A stretch of DNA of 62,966 nucleotides, filler included, from Octopus bimaculoides (Eukaryota), in NCBI RefSeq assembly GCF_001194135.2. It is 7 parts of 7 records of this genome, joined end to end, with 100 filler letters (N's around TTAATTAATTAA, not from the genome) between each part and the next. Parts side by side here need not be neighbours in the genome. Positions count along the whole stretch, not along the records: positions 43,029 to 47,191 come from NC_068983.1; positions 47,292 to 50,804 come from NC_068993.1; positions 50,905 to 58,130 come from NW_026300271.1; positions 58,231 to 62,966 come from NC_068991.1; 3 more parts are not named here. One strand, 5' to 3'. Positions 46,581-59,855 of this stretch are shown in pieces. The stretch's first letter is position 1. Every line of letters begins with the position of its first letter. The position numbers and the translations under genes are program-made. The notes below the pieces were generated by a model. It was not told where the DNA came from, made no database searches, and saw only the letters and a program-made list of their open reading frames with translations.

Positions 46581-47190
46581 TTAGGGGACACTTCAATTAA
46601 TTGTTGCTCATAAATAAGCTGAAGAACTTCTGTGCATTGCATTTTTGATGGTGTGTTTTCTTCGGTGTTCTGCGATATCCTAAGGTGTAAGTAAATACTC
46701 TTTGAACTGATAACACTCATTTATTAATTTGTGGTCAATATTGTCTTTGTAATGTGATATAATAAATTTGATATTGTCCTCATCAAATTCTGAATTGTTC
46801 ATCAATTCTGATTGAAACTTGAACCTTTTTGCAATCTGCTTGTATGGCTCCATCCCTTGCTTAACTGGATTATCAAACAATCATAGACTTCATTTAGAAC
46901 TTCTATCCTAAATTTTTCAGCCCCTTTCAAAGAAGCCCTATCTCTTGTTCCATCTGCAAATTTCTTTATAATAATGCATTTGGAAACAGCAGAATAATTT
47001 GAGGTGATATATTCACATAAACCTTTTGCTACTGATTCATAGAGTGCAATCCTGTCGGCTGAATTTTCTCGTAGTTCTATAACAAATGAAGGCAAAGATG
47101 CGAGCAAAAGGTAACCTTCAAATACACCAAAACCAGGTATTTGGAGTTTCTTAATTGTTTTGTTATTTCTAGCATGTGGAGAGACCTTCT
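46580..47190 (-). mobile_element. hAT-superfamily transposase fragment
   Basis: KFRIEVLNEVYDCLIIQL...RFKF...HYKDNID..LINECYQFKEY...VLQLIYEQQLIEVSPNI resembles the region leading into the hAT C-terminal dimerisation domain; interrupted there by the SINE. Confidence 0.7.
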
Positions 47191-47235
47191 ANNNNNNNNN
47201 NNNNNNNNNNNNNNNNNNNNNNNNNNNNNNNNNNN

Positions 47236-47247
47236 TTAATTAATTAA
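47236..47247. other. Artificial scaffold linker
   Basis: 44 N + TTAATTAATTAA + 44 N. Confidence 0.9.
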
Positions 47248-47429
47248 NNNNNNNNNNNNNNNNNNNNNNNNNNNNNNNNNNNNNNNNNNNNACGTTAATT
47301 GAAATGTTAAAAGAAAGTTTTCAACTCATATATGTATATAAAGTAAATACATGTAATTCAAAATCACGTTTTGTGTAGTTTATTTCGTAACCAAAAAAAA
47401 ACAGGTAGAGATTTTAAATACTGAAAGGC

Positions 47430-47990
47430 CGATTTTTGGTGATTCATTTGACAGAAGTAGTAGATAGCCAATCTGATGATAAATCTGACCTTGGATCTTG
47501 AATCTTTGCATGAATCCTGGCTCAGTTAAAGCTCTTGTGGCTCCAAATGATGTCATCTGTAGTGCAGCGTTGTATTGTCTAATTTTGTTTTGGAAGTGCT
47601 TGGAATCTGGGTCAGTTGATGACAACAGTCTCTTCAGTGGCTCTAGAGACTGGGGGATTGCAGGGAGTTTAACCTTTCCACCACTGCAGCACAGTGTAGG
47701 TGTCTCTCCAGGACACTTCCTTGCTTTATGATGTATGCATTCAGTTGTCATTGCACCAAATGGAAACTCTAGTGTCATCTGCATAATGAACTGCTGGATC
47801 ATAATTAAAAGCTGCTTCATAGCAGTTGCTTCTCTGGACTGTTGCAGCTGCTCTTCGTTCTGCAGTGGAGATCCTAGTCCGTGTCAGCTTTGCATACCTC
47901 TGTTCATCACTTTGAGATGCTCTGGCATTTGTAGTGCACAGTCTGTTCGTTTCTTGGTATGCTTCCCTTTCTGCGGGAATCGATCCAGGA
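47430..47990 (-). mobile_element. Helitron Rep N-terminal fragment
   Basis: GETPTLCCSGGKVKLP...EPLKRLL...SKHFQNKIRQYNAALQMTSFGA...FKIQGQIYHQIG is the conserved Helitron motif series. Confidence 0.9.
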
Positions 47991-48545
47991 CTATGACAGA
48001 AAACACTTGTTCACAGGCTCCGCGCTGTGGAATCGAACTCACCAGCTACCCCACGAAGTTTCATCATGAACTTCTTAGCCACACTCTTCGATAAGTGCCT
48101 TCCGCTCTCTAAGTGTATTTTACAAAACATATTTGCATAGCTAGGTTTAAAATTTCTGTATTGATAGAAAAATGTAGTTGGGATTAGTTTGAGTTGTATG
48201 AAATGTCTATTTGTAGGGTGAGAAATTTAAGCTGTAGGGATAGAAGATTTTTTAAATGATAATAAAACAGCCTGAACACAACGAGACCCTGTTATTTACT
48301 CACAGAGTAGAAAAGGAGGGACAGAGAATGATAGGACGAAAAGGAGGTTCACGGCTCTGTAAAGAAAGTACAAATGAAGCTGTGTTGTTTTTGTGAAGTA
48401 TGGTAGTGAAGATTGTAAGAGTATTCCATTGGAAATAAATATGTGTAACAGACTGAACCAAAAACATTTTCTATCAGTCTATGTTACAACACCGTGGGAA
48501 ATTTGATTGGCGACTGTTGGTGCTACAACCTACAATTGCTTTGGG

Positions 48546-48595
<50 letters not shown>

Positions 48596-48774
48596 TTTAT
48601 TCAGAAGGGTGAGGTTTCCCTTTAAGTGGAAAGAGTTTATATTTTCTTTAATGTTACAAGCATCATGAAAAGAAAAAGAAAAAAATCGTTAGCGCTTATG
48701 ATAACTCTGGTGAAGTAACGTAAGGATGACAAGTACGATTTAAAAAAAGTTAATAGTAATTGTATAAATTCAAA

Positions 48775-48932
48775 AGCAGGCGCAACCGTGGTTAAAATTT
48801 TGCGTCCAACCACATGGTTTCAAGTTCAGTCCCACGGTGTTCCAGTTAGGCAAGTGTCTTCTACTATAGCATCTTCCAGGCCAAAGTCTTGTGAGTGGAT
48901 TTGGTAGGCAGAAACTGAAAAAAGCCCGTCAT
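48775..48932 (+). mobile_element. SINE family A head, diverged
   Basis: Match to 1101-1262. Confidence 0.8.
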
Positions 48933-48963
48933 ATATATAATATACTTGTTTTAGTCATATTGA

Positions 48964-49053
48964 TTTGAGATGTCCCCATAAAAAAAAAAAATCCATTGGT
49001 GTGAGGTCTGGGGAACGTGCAGGTAATCCAACGCTACCTCTCCTCCTAATCCA
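48964..49053 (-). repeat. 90 bp inverted duplicate of 49579-49667
   Basis: Identical except for 12 versus 11 T in one homopolymer. Confidence 0.92.
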
Positions 49054-49476
49054 CTGTATCGTCTTTTTTAATCCTCTTCGTCTTCTTTAATCCCAAAACA
49101 CTTATTTGGATCAGTAAAAGAGATATCCAATAATATTCTTTTACATTCAACCTCCTCGTCAGTCTGTAAATAAGTACTATTGATAGAAATTGACCACTTT
49201 AATAAACCTTAATGGAATTTGATGTATAAATGTATTTTGATAGTTTTTAGGGATTAAGCGCAATACAATGTTTGTTGCAGTTGAACACATCAATCTCATT
49301 GCTGTCGTTCATATTTCAATACTGACATAAATATATTTTATTTCAAAGATAATAAGTATATATATCAGGTAAGCATTATAAACAAATCTTTAAGGAGGTT
49401 GTATAGATTTTTGTATTTGACTGATTATTGTAGCATCGATGTTAACACCGACTTAGTTTAATTGTTATCTGATATA

Positions 49477-49870
49477 CAGGGTGTCCCAAAAAGATGTACA
49501 CACTCTTTGACAGACGGTTACTAATGTATTGTTTTTTGGGATGTACGGGTTAACCTCGATGCAACAAATCCAAACAAATGGATTAGGAGGAGAGGTAGCG
49601 TTGGATTACCTGCACGTTCCCCAGACCTCACACCAATGGATTTTTTTTTTTATGGGGACATCTCAAAGATAAAGTTTACGCTGCAAAACCAGTGACAATT
49701 GATGATTTGAAAAATGAAATTCGAATACAATGTCTTGCAATTCCAAATGAAATGTTTGGCAATGTTGTTGAATCCATTGTTGGACGTTATCAGCTTTGTT
49801 TGGAAAATGAAGGAAGGCAGTTTGAACATTTGTGAACACGCAGGAATGAGAGAGAACATTAAAAAATTCT
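49477..49870 (+). mobile_element. Tc1/mariner deletion derivative (left TIR joined to transposase C-terminus)
   Basis: TA|CAGGGTGTCCC start; KWIRRRGSVGLPARSPDLTPMDFF.WGHLKDKVY..KP.TIDDLK...FEHL* ending 49835. Confidence 0.88.
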
Positions 49871-50142
49871 AAATTACAATAAATGATCGTTTCTACAACA
49901 ATTTATTTTCCTGAATTTAATTAAAATTTTTAGGATTGTATGNNNNNNNNNNCCCACTAAGTGATAATATCTATCCAATATACTGCCGGAAGGATACCCA
50001 ATTACTATTACAATCGTGTTTTTACCGAGTGCAATAAATGGGTGCGGTAAAAGGAAATTTTACCCTTAATTTATATAGCAATAAGAAAATGGAGGGGAAT
50101 ATGTGGTACTCATCAACTTGGAGACATTGTATTATGTCAATT

Positions 50143-50175
<33 letters not shown>

Positions 50176-50399
50176 CTACACACGCACACATAAATACACG
50201 GAGCACACATGCACATATTGCTCCGCACCGCATGTGCTTGTTTACTCACATACTCACATGCATATTTACGCAGGTTCCCATACGTACACTCATAATCTTC
50301 ATGCTCACGCATAAACTTCCCCACACACGCTTACACAAAAACTCACCCATACACACATGTACACTCGCACACGGTTACCAAACTAGTTATGTTTAATAA

Positions 50400-50560
50400 A
50401 AGATAACTTAATTGCCTAAATTTTAACATCGCTTTCGAAATAGCCACCTTGCGCAGCAATATACCTGCCCCAACGTTCCTATAACGTTTGGAATCCGGCC
50501 TGGAAGTCGTTTTCCGTAAGCGAGTCGAGGACCTGCGATTAGCTCTGAATCTCAACAATA
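50400..50560 (-). mobile_element. mariner transposase C-terminal fragment
   Basis: SQVLDSLTENDFQAGFQTL*ERWGRYIAAQGGYFESD matches DFQ.AFQ.W..RW..CI...G.YFE.D. Confidence 0.8.
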
Positions 50561-50564
50561 TGTG

Positions 50565-50782
50565 TGCGTGTCTTTGTGTCTTAGTTTGTTCCCCACCACC
50601 GCTTGACAACCGGTATTAGTGAGTTTACGTTCCCAAAATTTAGCGGTTAAATAAAAGAGACTGATAGAATAAGTCGCAGACTTCAAAAAATAAGTACAGG
50701 GATCAATTCTTTCGATTAGAATTCTTCGAGACGGTGCCCCAGTATTGGCCGCAGTTTAATGACTGAAACAAATAAAAGAATT
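50565..50782 (+). mobile_element. SINE family A, 3' half
   Basis: Collinear with 12215-12432. Confidence 0.8.
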
Positions 50783-50848
50783 AAAAAAAAAAAATGTATG
50801 TGGTNNNNNNNNNNNNNNNNNNNNNNNNNNNNNNNNNNNNNNNNNNNN

Positions 50849-50860
50849 TTAATTAATTAA
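50849..50860. other. Artificial scaffold linker
   Basis: 44 N + TTAATTAATTAA + 44 N. Confidence 0.9.
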
Positions 50861-51046
50861 NNNNNNNNNNNNNNNNNNNNNNNNNNNNNNNNNNNNNNNN
50901 NNNNATATATATATATATATATATATAGGTTTGTAAGTATATATCTAACTAACGTATATACATACAGGTAGATAGATAGATATAGACATATAAATATCTA
51001 TCTATATATCTATCTATACATATAAGTAAATGCATATGTATAGAGA

Positions 51047-51102
<56 letters not shown>

Positions 51103-51529
51103 TATATCAATATTATCTTTATATACGTATAACTGTATGTATGTATGTATATATGTATATATATATATATATATATATCCAAACACACACACATATATGC
51201 ATATATGTGTATGCATACATATAAGGATATATAAACATTTTGACAGTGGGAGAGAGACTTGCAACACTGATAGAGAGTAAATATATTGGCGAGATTCAAA
51301 CGAGACTAGTGAAAAGGTAGAATTTTGCAACTGTAATCTCATATCAAGCATATTGACGCGTGTCTGTGTATATATTTGTTTGTTTGTGTGTCTATGTATG
51401 TGTATGTTTGTAAGAGCGCTTGTGGATTATGCATAATGCACGTAAAAGACAGTCAATTTGTTTACATAGGCAGACGTATGGGTAGTTGCATAGCCTTGTA
51501 CATTGTATATCCGAATATAGGAAAGTAGA

Positions 51530-51735
51530 AGGCGGCGAGGTGGCAGAAACGTTAGCACGCAGGGCGAAATGCTTATCGGTATTGTGTCTGTCTTTACGTT
51601 CTGAGTTCAAATTCCGCCGAGGTCAAATTTCATTCTTTCTGGGTCGATAAATTAAGTACCAGTTGCGTGTTGGGATCGATCTTATCTACTGGCCACCTCC
51701 CCCAGAATCTCGAGCTCTGTGCTTAGTATAGAAAA
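51530..51735 (+). mobile_element. SINE family C monomer, non-Tx1 tail
   Basis: GGCGGCGAGGTGGCAGAAACGTTAGCACG head through ...TAGAAAAAA. Confidence 0.85.
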
Positions 51736-51899
51736 AAATATACATATAGAGAGGTAGACAGACAGAAACGTAGGTAGATAGATACATTGATAGAGAGATA
51801 GATATGTACATCCGATGACCGAAGCGTGCTTTCATCAAAATGACATTTACGTCCATATTTTACCTCGCACACATATGTTTATATGAAGGGTAGTTACGT

Positions 51900-52069
51900 A
51901 TGCACGTTTAACGCACACACACACACATACACACGCACATATGTATACAGCATACTTATATATAGACATATATATATGTATATATACTAATATATTTATA
52001 TATGCATATATATGTATGTATATACAATGTACAAGTATATATATATATGTATGTATATACAAAGTACAA

Positions 52070-52112
<43 letters not shown>

Positions 52113-52259
52113 NNNNNNNNNNTATATATATATATATATATATGTATATGTACATACATATATATATATATACACATATATGTATATATATATATACGCA
52201 TTTATGTGTTTTAGGTCCTCTTTATATATACATACATACATACATATAAATATATATAG

Positions 52260-52297
<38 letters not shown>

Positions 52298-52380
52298 ATG
52301 TATGTATATGACGTATATGTACACGTATAGATACATAAATATATGCATACATTTTTCTATAAACGAACGTACACACACGC
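51900..52380. repeat. (TA)n/(TATG)n microsatellite field
   Basis: Visible repeats. Confidence 0.9.
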
Positions 52381-53355
52381 AGATATAAATCTACTTATAT
52401 ACATGCACACATACCTACTTAAGACCTTGCAGATACACACATACGCGCATACATAAACCAATGTGTCTTCTGTGTCTTCGCGCCTATGTGTGTCTATGAG
52501 TATCTATAAGGCAGCGGTGGGTGTATTAAGGCATGAAGCGATGGTGTAGGTAAGGTTAGCGGACCGATATGATTTAGTCTATATTTAGGGACTGTCTAAC
52601 TGACAAAGCACGTTTTTATATAATATATATTAGACATGATTAGTGAGATGTTGTTACAAATACGGTGTGTATGGATCAGTTGAATGTATCGCTGTCAAAC
52701 GGCAGGACGAAGAGAGAGAGAAAGTGAGATATAGATAGCTGATAGAGAGTGAGGAAGTAAGGGAGAGTGTGAAAGAGAGAGAAGAGAGAGGTTGACACTG
52801 AAGATGAGAGGGATAAAGTCTGCTAAAATAGAAGAGATTGTGTAGACGAGAGACGGAAAGAGATAATGAGATTGCGAGAGGAGAGAGAGTTAGATAGGAG
52901 GGTAGGTAGATAGGTAGGTGGGTAGAGAGAAGAAGAGAGACGTCGGGCGGGGGTGGGCAGACAGATATGTGTGTGGTGTTGTGTAGCTAACGTTTTGGAC
53001 ATAGTGTAGTGACATAGTATCGTTGTGTGATTAGAATTGTGGCGTGAAGACGAGAAGCATCTATCTATCTATCTATTATGTATATATGATAGACAGACAG
53101 ACAAACTGAAAGATAGATAAATAGATAGATAGACAACCAGTGTGATTTTGAAAGACTAAATAAATACAAGTAGAAGTATGAGGGACAATTTAAGAAATGA
53201 AAATAACCGTGAAGAGAGGAGCAGAGAGTCGAGAAGAGCGGGTTAGACAGAGATAGAAACAGGGGACATGAAAAGGGAGCCAAAGAGAGGAATACGCTCG
53301 ATAACTCACATACAGATATATATATATATACATATATATATACATATATATATAC

Positions 53356-53412
<57 letters not shown>

Positions 53413-53692
53413 TATATACATATATATATACATATATATATANNNNNNNNNNNNNNNNNNNNNNNNNNNNNNNNNNNNNNNNNNNNNNNNNNNNNNNNNN
53501 NNNNNNNNNNNNNNNNNNNNNNNNNNNNNNNNNNNNNNNNNNNNNNNNNNNNNNNNNNNNNNNNNNNNNNNNNNNNNNNNNNNNNNNNNNNNNNNNNNNN
53601 NNNNNNNNNNNNNNNNNNNNNNNNNNNNNNNNNNNNATGAGGTTTTTAAACTTTTAAATTTTCATATTTAGTGACTGGTCCTCTGGGAAAAT

Positions 53693-53737
<45 letters not shown>

Positions 53738-54119
53738 GTATACACATTTCCAAAAACATATACAGATATTTGTGCCCAAATAGAGGGAAGGAGTTAAAGA
53801 GAGAGCGAGTGTGTGTGAGAGAGAATGTAAAAGAGGCAGAGGTATATTGTTCTTTATTTTAATATTTGTATGTCTCATGTTGAACAACAAAAACACCTTG
53901 AGTAGAACTAAGTACAACAGCAATAAAAACTTCAACTATGATATCAAGAACAACAACAAGGAATGGAGGACAATGACATGTAATTACGGGAAGTTATTGC
54001 AAAGAAAGAAAGAAAAAAAACCGAAAATTGCTCAAAGCGTTCAGAGCCTTTGGTAAATATATTGGTTTATCTTCAATAGGTGACAAGGGATCACATAATA
54101 TCTATATTATATGTACGTA

Positions 54120-54235
54120 AATATTGTCACATACATACGTACATGCATCCATGCATATACACACGCACGCACGCACGTACATACATACATGCATACATAT
54201 ATATATGTATAGATATATATGTGTATATGTATGTG

Positions 54236-54278
<43 letters not shown>

Positions 54279-57200
54279 GTATGTATATATATGTATGTAT
54301 GTGTATATATGTATGTGTATATATGTATGTGTGTATATGTATGTGTGTATGTGTGTGTGTGTGTGTGTATATATATGTATGTATGCATGCATGTATGCGT
54401 GCATGTATGTATGTACATGTAAGTATGTACGTACATGTACGTATGTACATGTAAGTATGTACGTGTGTACGTGTACGTNNNNNNNNNNNNNNNNNNNNNN
54501 NNNNNNNNNNNNNNNNNNNNNNNNNNNNNNNNNNNNNNNNNNNNNNNNNNNNNNNNNNNNNNNNNNNNNNNNNNNNNNNNNNNNNNNNNNNNNNNNNNNN
54601 NNNNNNNNNNNNNNNNNNNNNNNNNNNNNNNNNNNNNNNNNNNNNNNNNNNNNNNNNNNNNNNNNNNNNNNNNNNNNNNNNNNNNNNNNNNNNNNNNNNN
54701 NNNNNNNNNNNNNNNNNNNNNNNNNNNNNNNNNNNNNNNNNNNNNNNNNNNNNNNNNNNNNNNNNNNNNNNNNNNNNNNNNNNNNNNNNNNNNNNNNNNN
54801 NNNNNNNNNNNNNNNNNNNNNNNNNNNNNNNNNNNNNNNNNNNNNNNNNNNNNNNNNNNNNNNNNNNNNNNNNNNNNNNNNNNNNNNNNNNNNNNNNNNN
54901 NNNNNNNNNNNNNNNNNNNNNNNNNNNNNNNNNNNNNNNNNNNNNNNNNNNNNNNNNNNNNNNNNNNNNNNNNNNNNNNNNNNNNNNNNNNNNNNNNNNN
55001 NNNNNNNNNNNNNNNNNNNNNNNNNNNNNNNNNNNNNNNNNNNNNNNNNNNNNNNNNNNNNNNNNNNNNNNNNNNNNNNNNNNNNNNNNNNNNNNNNNNN
55101 NNNNNNNNNNNNNNNNNNNNNNNNNNNNNNNNNNNNNNNNNNNNNNNNNNNNNNNNNNNNNNNNNNNNNNNNNNNNNNNNNNNNNNNNNNNNNNNNNNNN
55201 NNNNNNNNNNNNNNNNNNNNNNNNNNNNNNNNNNNNNNNNNNNNNNNNNNNNNNNNNNNNNNNNNNNNNNNNNNNNNNNNNNNNNNNNNNNNNNNNNNNN
55301 NNNNNNNNNNNNNNNNNNNNNNNNNNNNNNNNNNNNNNNNNNNNNNNNNNNNNNNNCATGTACGTGTGTACGTACATGTACGTGTGTACGTACATGTACG
55401 TGTGTACGTACATGTACGTGTGTACGTACATGTACGTGTGTACGTACATGTACGTGTGTACGTACATGTACGTGTGTACGTACATGTACGTACGTGTGTA
55501 CGTACATGTACGTACATGTACGTACATGTACGTGTGTACGTACATGTACGTGTGTACGTACATGTACGTGTGTACGTACATGTACGTGTGTACGTACATG
55601 TACGTGTGTACGTACATGTACGTGTGTACGTACATGTACGTGTGTACGTACATNNNNNNNNNNNNNNNNNNNNNNNNNNNNNNNNNNNNNNNNNNNNNNN
55701 NNNNNNNNNNNNNNNNNNNNNNNNNNNNNNNNNTACATGTACGTGTGTACGTACATGTACGTGTGTACGTACATGTACGTGTGTACGTACATGTACGTGT
55801 GTACGTACATGTACGTGTGTACGTACATGTACGTGTGTACGTACATGTACGTGTGTACGTACATGTACGTATGTACGTACATGTGTACGTATGTACGTAC
55901 GTGTGTACGTACATGTACGTACGTGTGTACGTACATGTACGTACGTGTGTACGTACATGTACGTACGTGTGTACGTACGTGTGTACGTACATGTACGTAC
56001 GTACGTGTACGTACATGTACGTACATGTACGTACGTACGTGTACGTACATGTACGTACGTACGTGTACGTACATGTACGTACGTACGTGTACGTACATGT
56101 ACGTACGTACGTGTACGTACGTGTACGTATGTACGTACGTGTACGTACGTACGTACGTGTACGTATGTACGTACGTGTACGTATGTACGTACGTGTACGT
56201 ACGTATGTACGTACGTGTACGTACGTATGTACGTACGTGTACGTACGTATGTACGTACGTGTACGTACGTGTGTACGTACGTGTGTACGTACGTATGTAC
56301 GTACGTGTACGTACGTGTACGTACGTGTACGTACGTGTACGTATGTACGTACGTGTACGTATGTACGTACGTGTACGTATGTACGTACGTATGTACGTAC
56401 GTGTACGTGTACGTATGTACGTGTACGTGTAAGTGTGTACGTATGTACGTGTACGTGTATGTACGTGTACGTATGTACGTGTACGTGTACGTGTACGTAT
56501 GTACGTGTACGTATGTACGTGTACGTGTGTACGTGTACGTGTACTTATGTACGTGTACGCATGTACGTGTACGTACGTGTGCGCATGTACGTGTACGTAT
56601 GTACGTAAATGTACGCATGTACGTGTACGTATGTACGTACGTGTACGCATGTACGTGTACGTATGTACGTACGTGTACGCATGTACGTGTACGCATGTAC
56701 GTGTACGTACGTGTAGGCATGTACGTGTACGTACGTGTAGGCGTGTACGTACGTGTACGTATGTACGTACGTGTACGCATGTACGTGTACGTATGTACGT
56801 ACGTGTACGCATGTACGTGTACGCGTGTACGTATGTACGTACGTGTACGCGTGTACGTATGTACGTACGTGTACGCGTGTACGTATGTACGTGCGTGTAC
56901 GCGTGTACGTATGTACGTGCGTGTACGTATGTACGTACGTGTACGCGTGTACGTATGTACGTACGTGTACGCATGTACGTGTACGTATGTACGTACGTGT
57001 GGCATGTACGTGTACGTATGTACGTACGTGTACGCATGTANNNNNNNNNNACGTATGTACGTACGTGTACGCATGTACGTGTACGTATGTACGTACGTGT
57101 GGCATGTACGTGTACGTATGTACGTACGTGTACGCATGTACGTGTACGTACGTGTACGCATGTACGTGTACGTGTGTACGTACGTGTACGCATGTACGTG

Positions 57201-58130
57201 TGTACGTACGTGTACGCATGTACGTGTACGTATGTACGTACGTGTACGTGTACGTATGTACGTGTACGTGTACGCATGTACGTGTACGTACGTGTACGTA
57301 TGTACGTACATGTACGCATGTACGTGTACGTATGTACGTACGCATGTACGTGTACGTATGTACGTACGCATGTACGTGTACGCATGTACGTGTACGTACG
57401 TGTACGCATGTACGTGTACGTACGTGTACGCGTGTACGTATGTACGTACGTGTACGCGTGTACGTATGTACGTACGTGTACGCGTGTACGTATGTACGTA
57501 CGTGTACGCGTGTACGTATGTACGTACGCGTACGCATGTACGTGTACGTATGTACGTACGTGTGGCATGTACGTGTACGTATGTACGTACGTGTACGCAT
57601 GTACGTGTNNNNNNNNNNNNNNNNNNNNNNNNNNNNNNNNNNNNNNNNNNNNNNNNNNNNNNNNNNNNNNNNNNNNNNNNNNNNNNNNNNNNNNNNNNNN
57701 NNNNNNNNCGTGTACGTATGTACGTACGCATGTACGTGTACGTATGTACGTACGTGTACGCATGTACGTGTACATACGTGTACGCATGTACGTGTACGTA
57801 CGTGTACGCATGTACGTGTACGTACGTGTACGCATGTACGTGTACGTACGTGTACGCATGTACGTGTACGTACGTGTAGGCATGTACGTGTACGTACGTG
57901 TACGCATGTGCGTACGCATGTACGTGTACGCATGTGCGTACGCATGTACGTGTACGTATGTACGTACGTGTACGGATGTACGTGTACGTATGTACGTACG
58001 TGTACGCATGTACGTGTACGCGTGTACGTATGTACGTACGTGTACGCGTGTACGTATGTACGTACGTGTACGCGTGTACGTATGTACGTACGTGTACGCG
58101 TGTACGTATGTAGGTACGTGTACGCGTGTA
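54120..58130. repeat. Alternating purine/pyrimidine palindromic satellite (CATGTACGTGTGTACGTA and derivatives)
   Basis: At least seven exact 18-mers from 55357; sequence built almost only from TA, CG, TG and CA steps; four internal gaps. Confidence 0.9.
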
Positions 58131-58174
58131 NNNNNNNNNNNNNNNNNNNNNNNNNNNNNNNNNNNNNNNNNNNN

Positions 58175-58186
58175 TTAATTAATTAA
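58175..58186. other. Artificial scaffold linker
   Basis: 44 N + TTAATTAATTAA + 44 N. Confidence 0.9.
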
Positions 58187-59536
58187 NNNNNNNNNNNNNN
58201 NNNNNNNNNNNNNNNNNNNNNNNNNNNNNNAATGATGGTACGGTGGTGGTATGTGTGATTGTAAAGTGGTGGTGGTGGTGGTGCGGTGGTGATGGTGATG
58301 GTGATGGTAGTGGCATCGATAGTAATGGAGTTGGTGGTGGCGATGATGGATGCGGCGAATGTTGCAGTGTACTAATGGTGTTAGTATTGGCGGTGGTGGT
58401 ATTTGTGTCAGACGGTGGTGGTCATAGAGGTGTTGGTGATAATGATAGTATAGCATTATCTTTGTAATAATTAGCAGCGGTGGAATGGTTCTAAAGGAAT
58501 TAGACGTTTTGCCTGGACTACTTTTGGTGTTGGTGAGATAATGGCGTGGTGCCGTTGTCAGTGTTGTTATTTCTATTTAACCCGAGGTCAGGACAGATCA
58601 AGTATACATATAGTCAACAGGCAATCTAGCCGTGATTATCCAGTCTTCTATCCAGGGACACGTTATTCAATGTTTCGTCGTTTCTTTAAAGACGGTCGGG
58701 GTGTGATTTGAGGGAGTTTTGGCTGTTACCTTCTTTTTTTAAGAATGTAGATAGATTTACATATGTATGTACACACACACACACANNNNNNNNNNNNNNN
58801 NNNNNNNNNNNNNNNNNNNNNNNNNNNNNNNNNNNNNNNNNNNNNNNNNNNNNNNNNNNNNNNNNNNNNNNNNNNNNNNNNNNNNNNNNNNNNNNNNNNN
58901 NNNNNNNNNNNNNNNNNNNNNNNNNNNNNNNNNNNNNNNNNNNNNNNNNNNNNNNNNNNNNNNNNNNNNNNNNNNNNNNNNNNNNNNNNNNNNNNNNNNN
59001 NNNNNNNNNNNNNNNNNNNNNNNNNNNNNNNNNNNNNNNNNNNNNNNNNNNNNNNNNNNNNNNNNNNNNNNNNNNNNNNNNNNNNNNNNNNNNNNNNNNN
59101 NNNNNNNNNNNNNNNNNNNNNNNNNNNNNNNNNNNNNNNNNNNNNNNNNNNNNNNNNNNNNNNNNNNNNNNNNNNNNNNNNNNNNNNNNNNNNNNNNNNN
59201 NNNNNNNNNNNNNNNNNNNNNNNNNNNNNNNNNNNNNNNNNNNNNNNNNNNNNNNNNNNNNNNNNNNNNNNNNNNNNNNNNNNNNNNNNNNNNNNNNNNN
59301 NNNNNNNNNNNNNNNNNNNNNNNNNNNNNNNNNNNNNNNNNNNNNNNNNNNNNNNNNNNNNNNNNNNNNNNNNNNNNNNNNNNNNNNNNNNNNNNNNNNN
59401 NNNNNNNNNNNNNNNNNNNNNNNNNNNNNNNNNNNNNNNNNNNNNNNNNNNNNNNNNNNNNNNNNNNNNNNNNATATATATATACATATACACAGATGTA
59501 TATATATATATATAGTGAGAAAGAGAGCGTGTGTGT

Positions 59537-59582
<46 letters not shown>

Positions 59583-59855
59583 AGGAGAGAGAGAGAGTGA
59601 TAGAGGGGATATGTAGCAGTGCGTACTGTGTGTGTGGTAATCTCCTGATGGGAAACACTCTCCATGAGAGGTGGGAGGGTGTGTGATTAGCTAAAGAGGT
59701 AATGATGAAGTTATATTAAGAGCAAGCAAGTTAATACGGTAATAAGGGCGTGTTTAATTGTAAGATAAAGGTCTTGATGGGGAAGAGTGGCCGTGCTGTG
59801 TATATGTGTGTCTGTGTGCATATTGTTTGTTGTTTGTTGTGGTGGGGAAATTGTA

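Noticed and set aside
54102-58186. Very long ORFs (up to 1300 aa) of Y/V/R/T/H/M/C
   Set aside because: RY-alternating repeats cannot form TAA, TAG or TGA in most frames, so they are open on both strands by construction; N runs add length.
1128-59665. Dozens of ORF-track entries made of X runs or dipeptide repeats
   Set aside because: Translations of gaps and microsatellites with no domain content.
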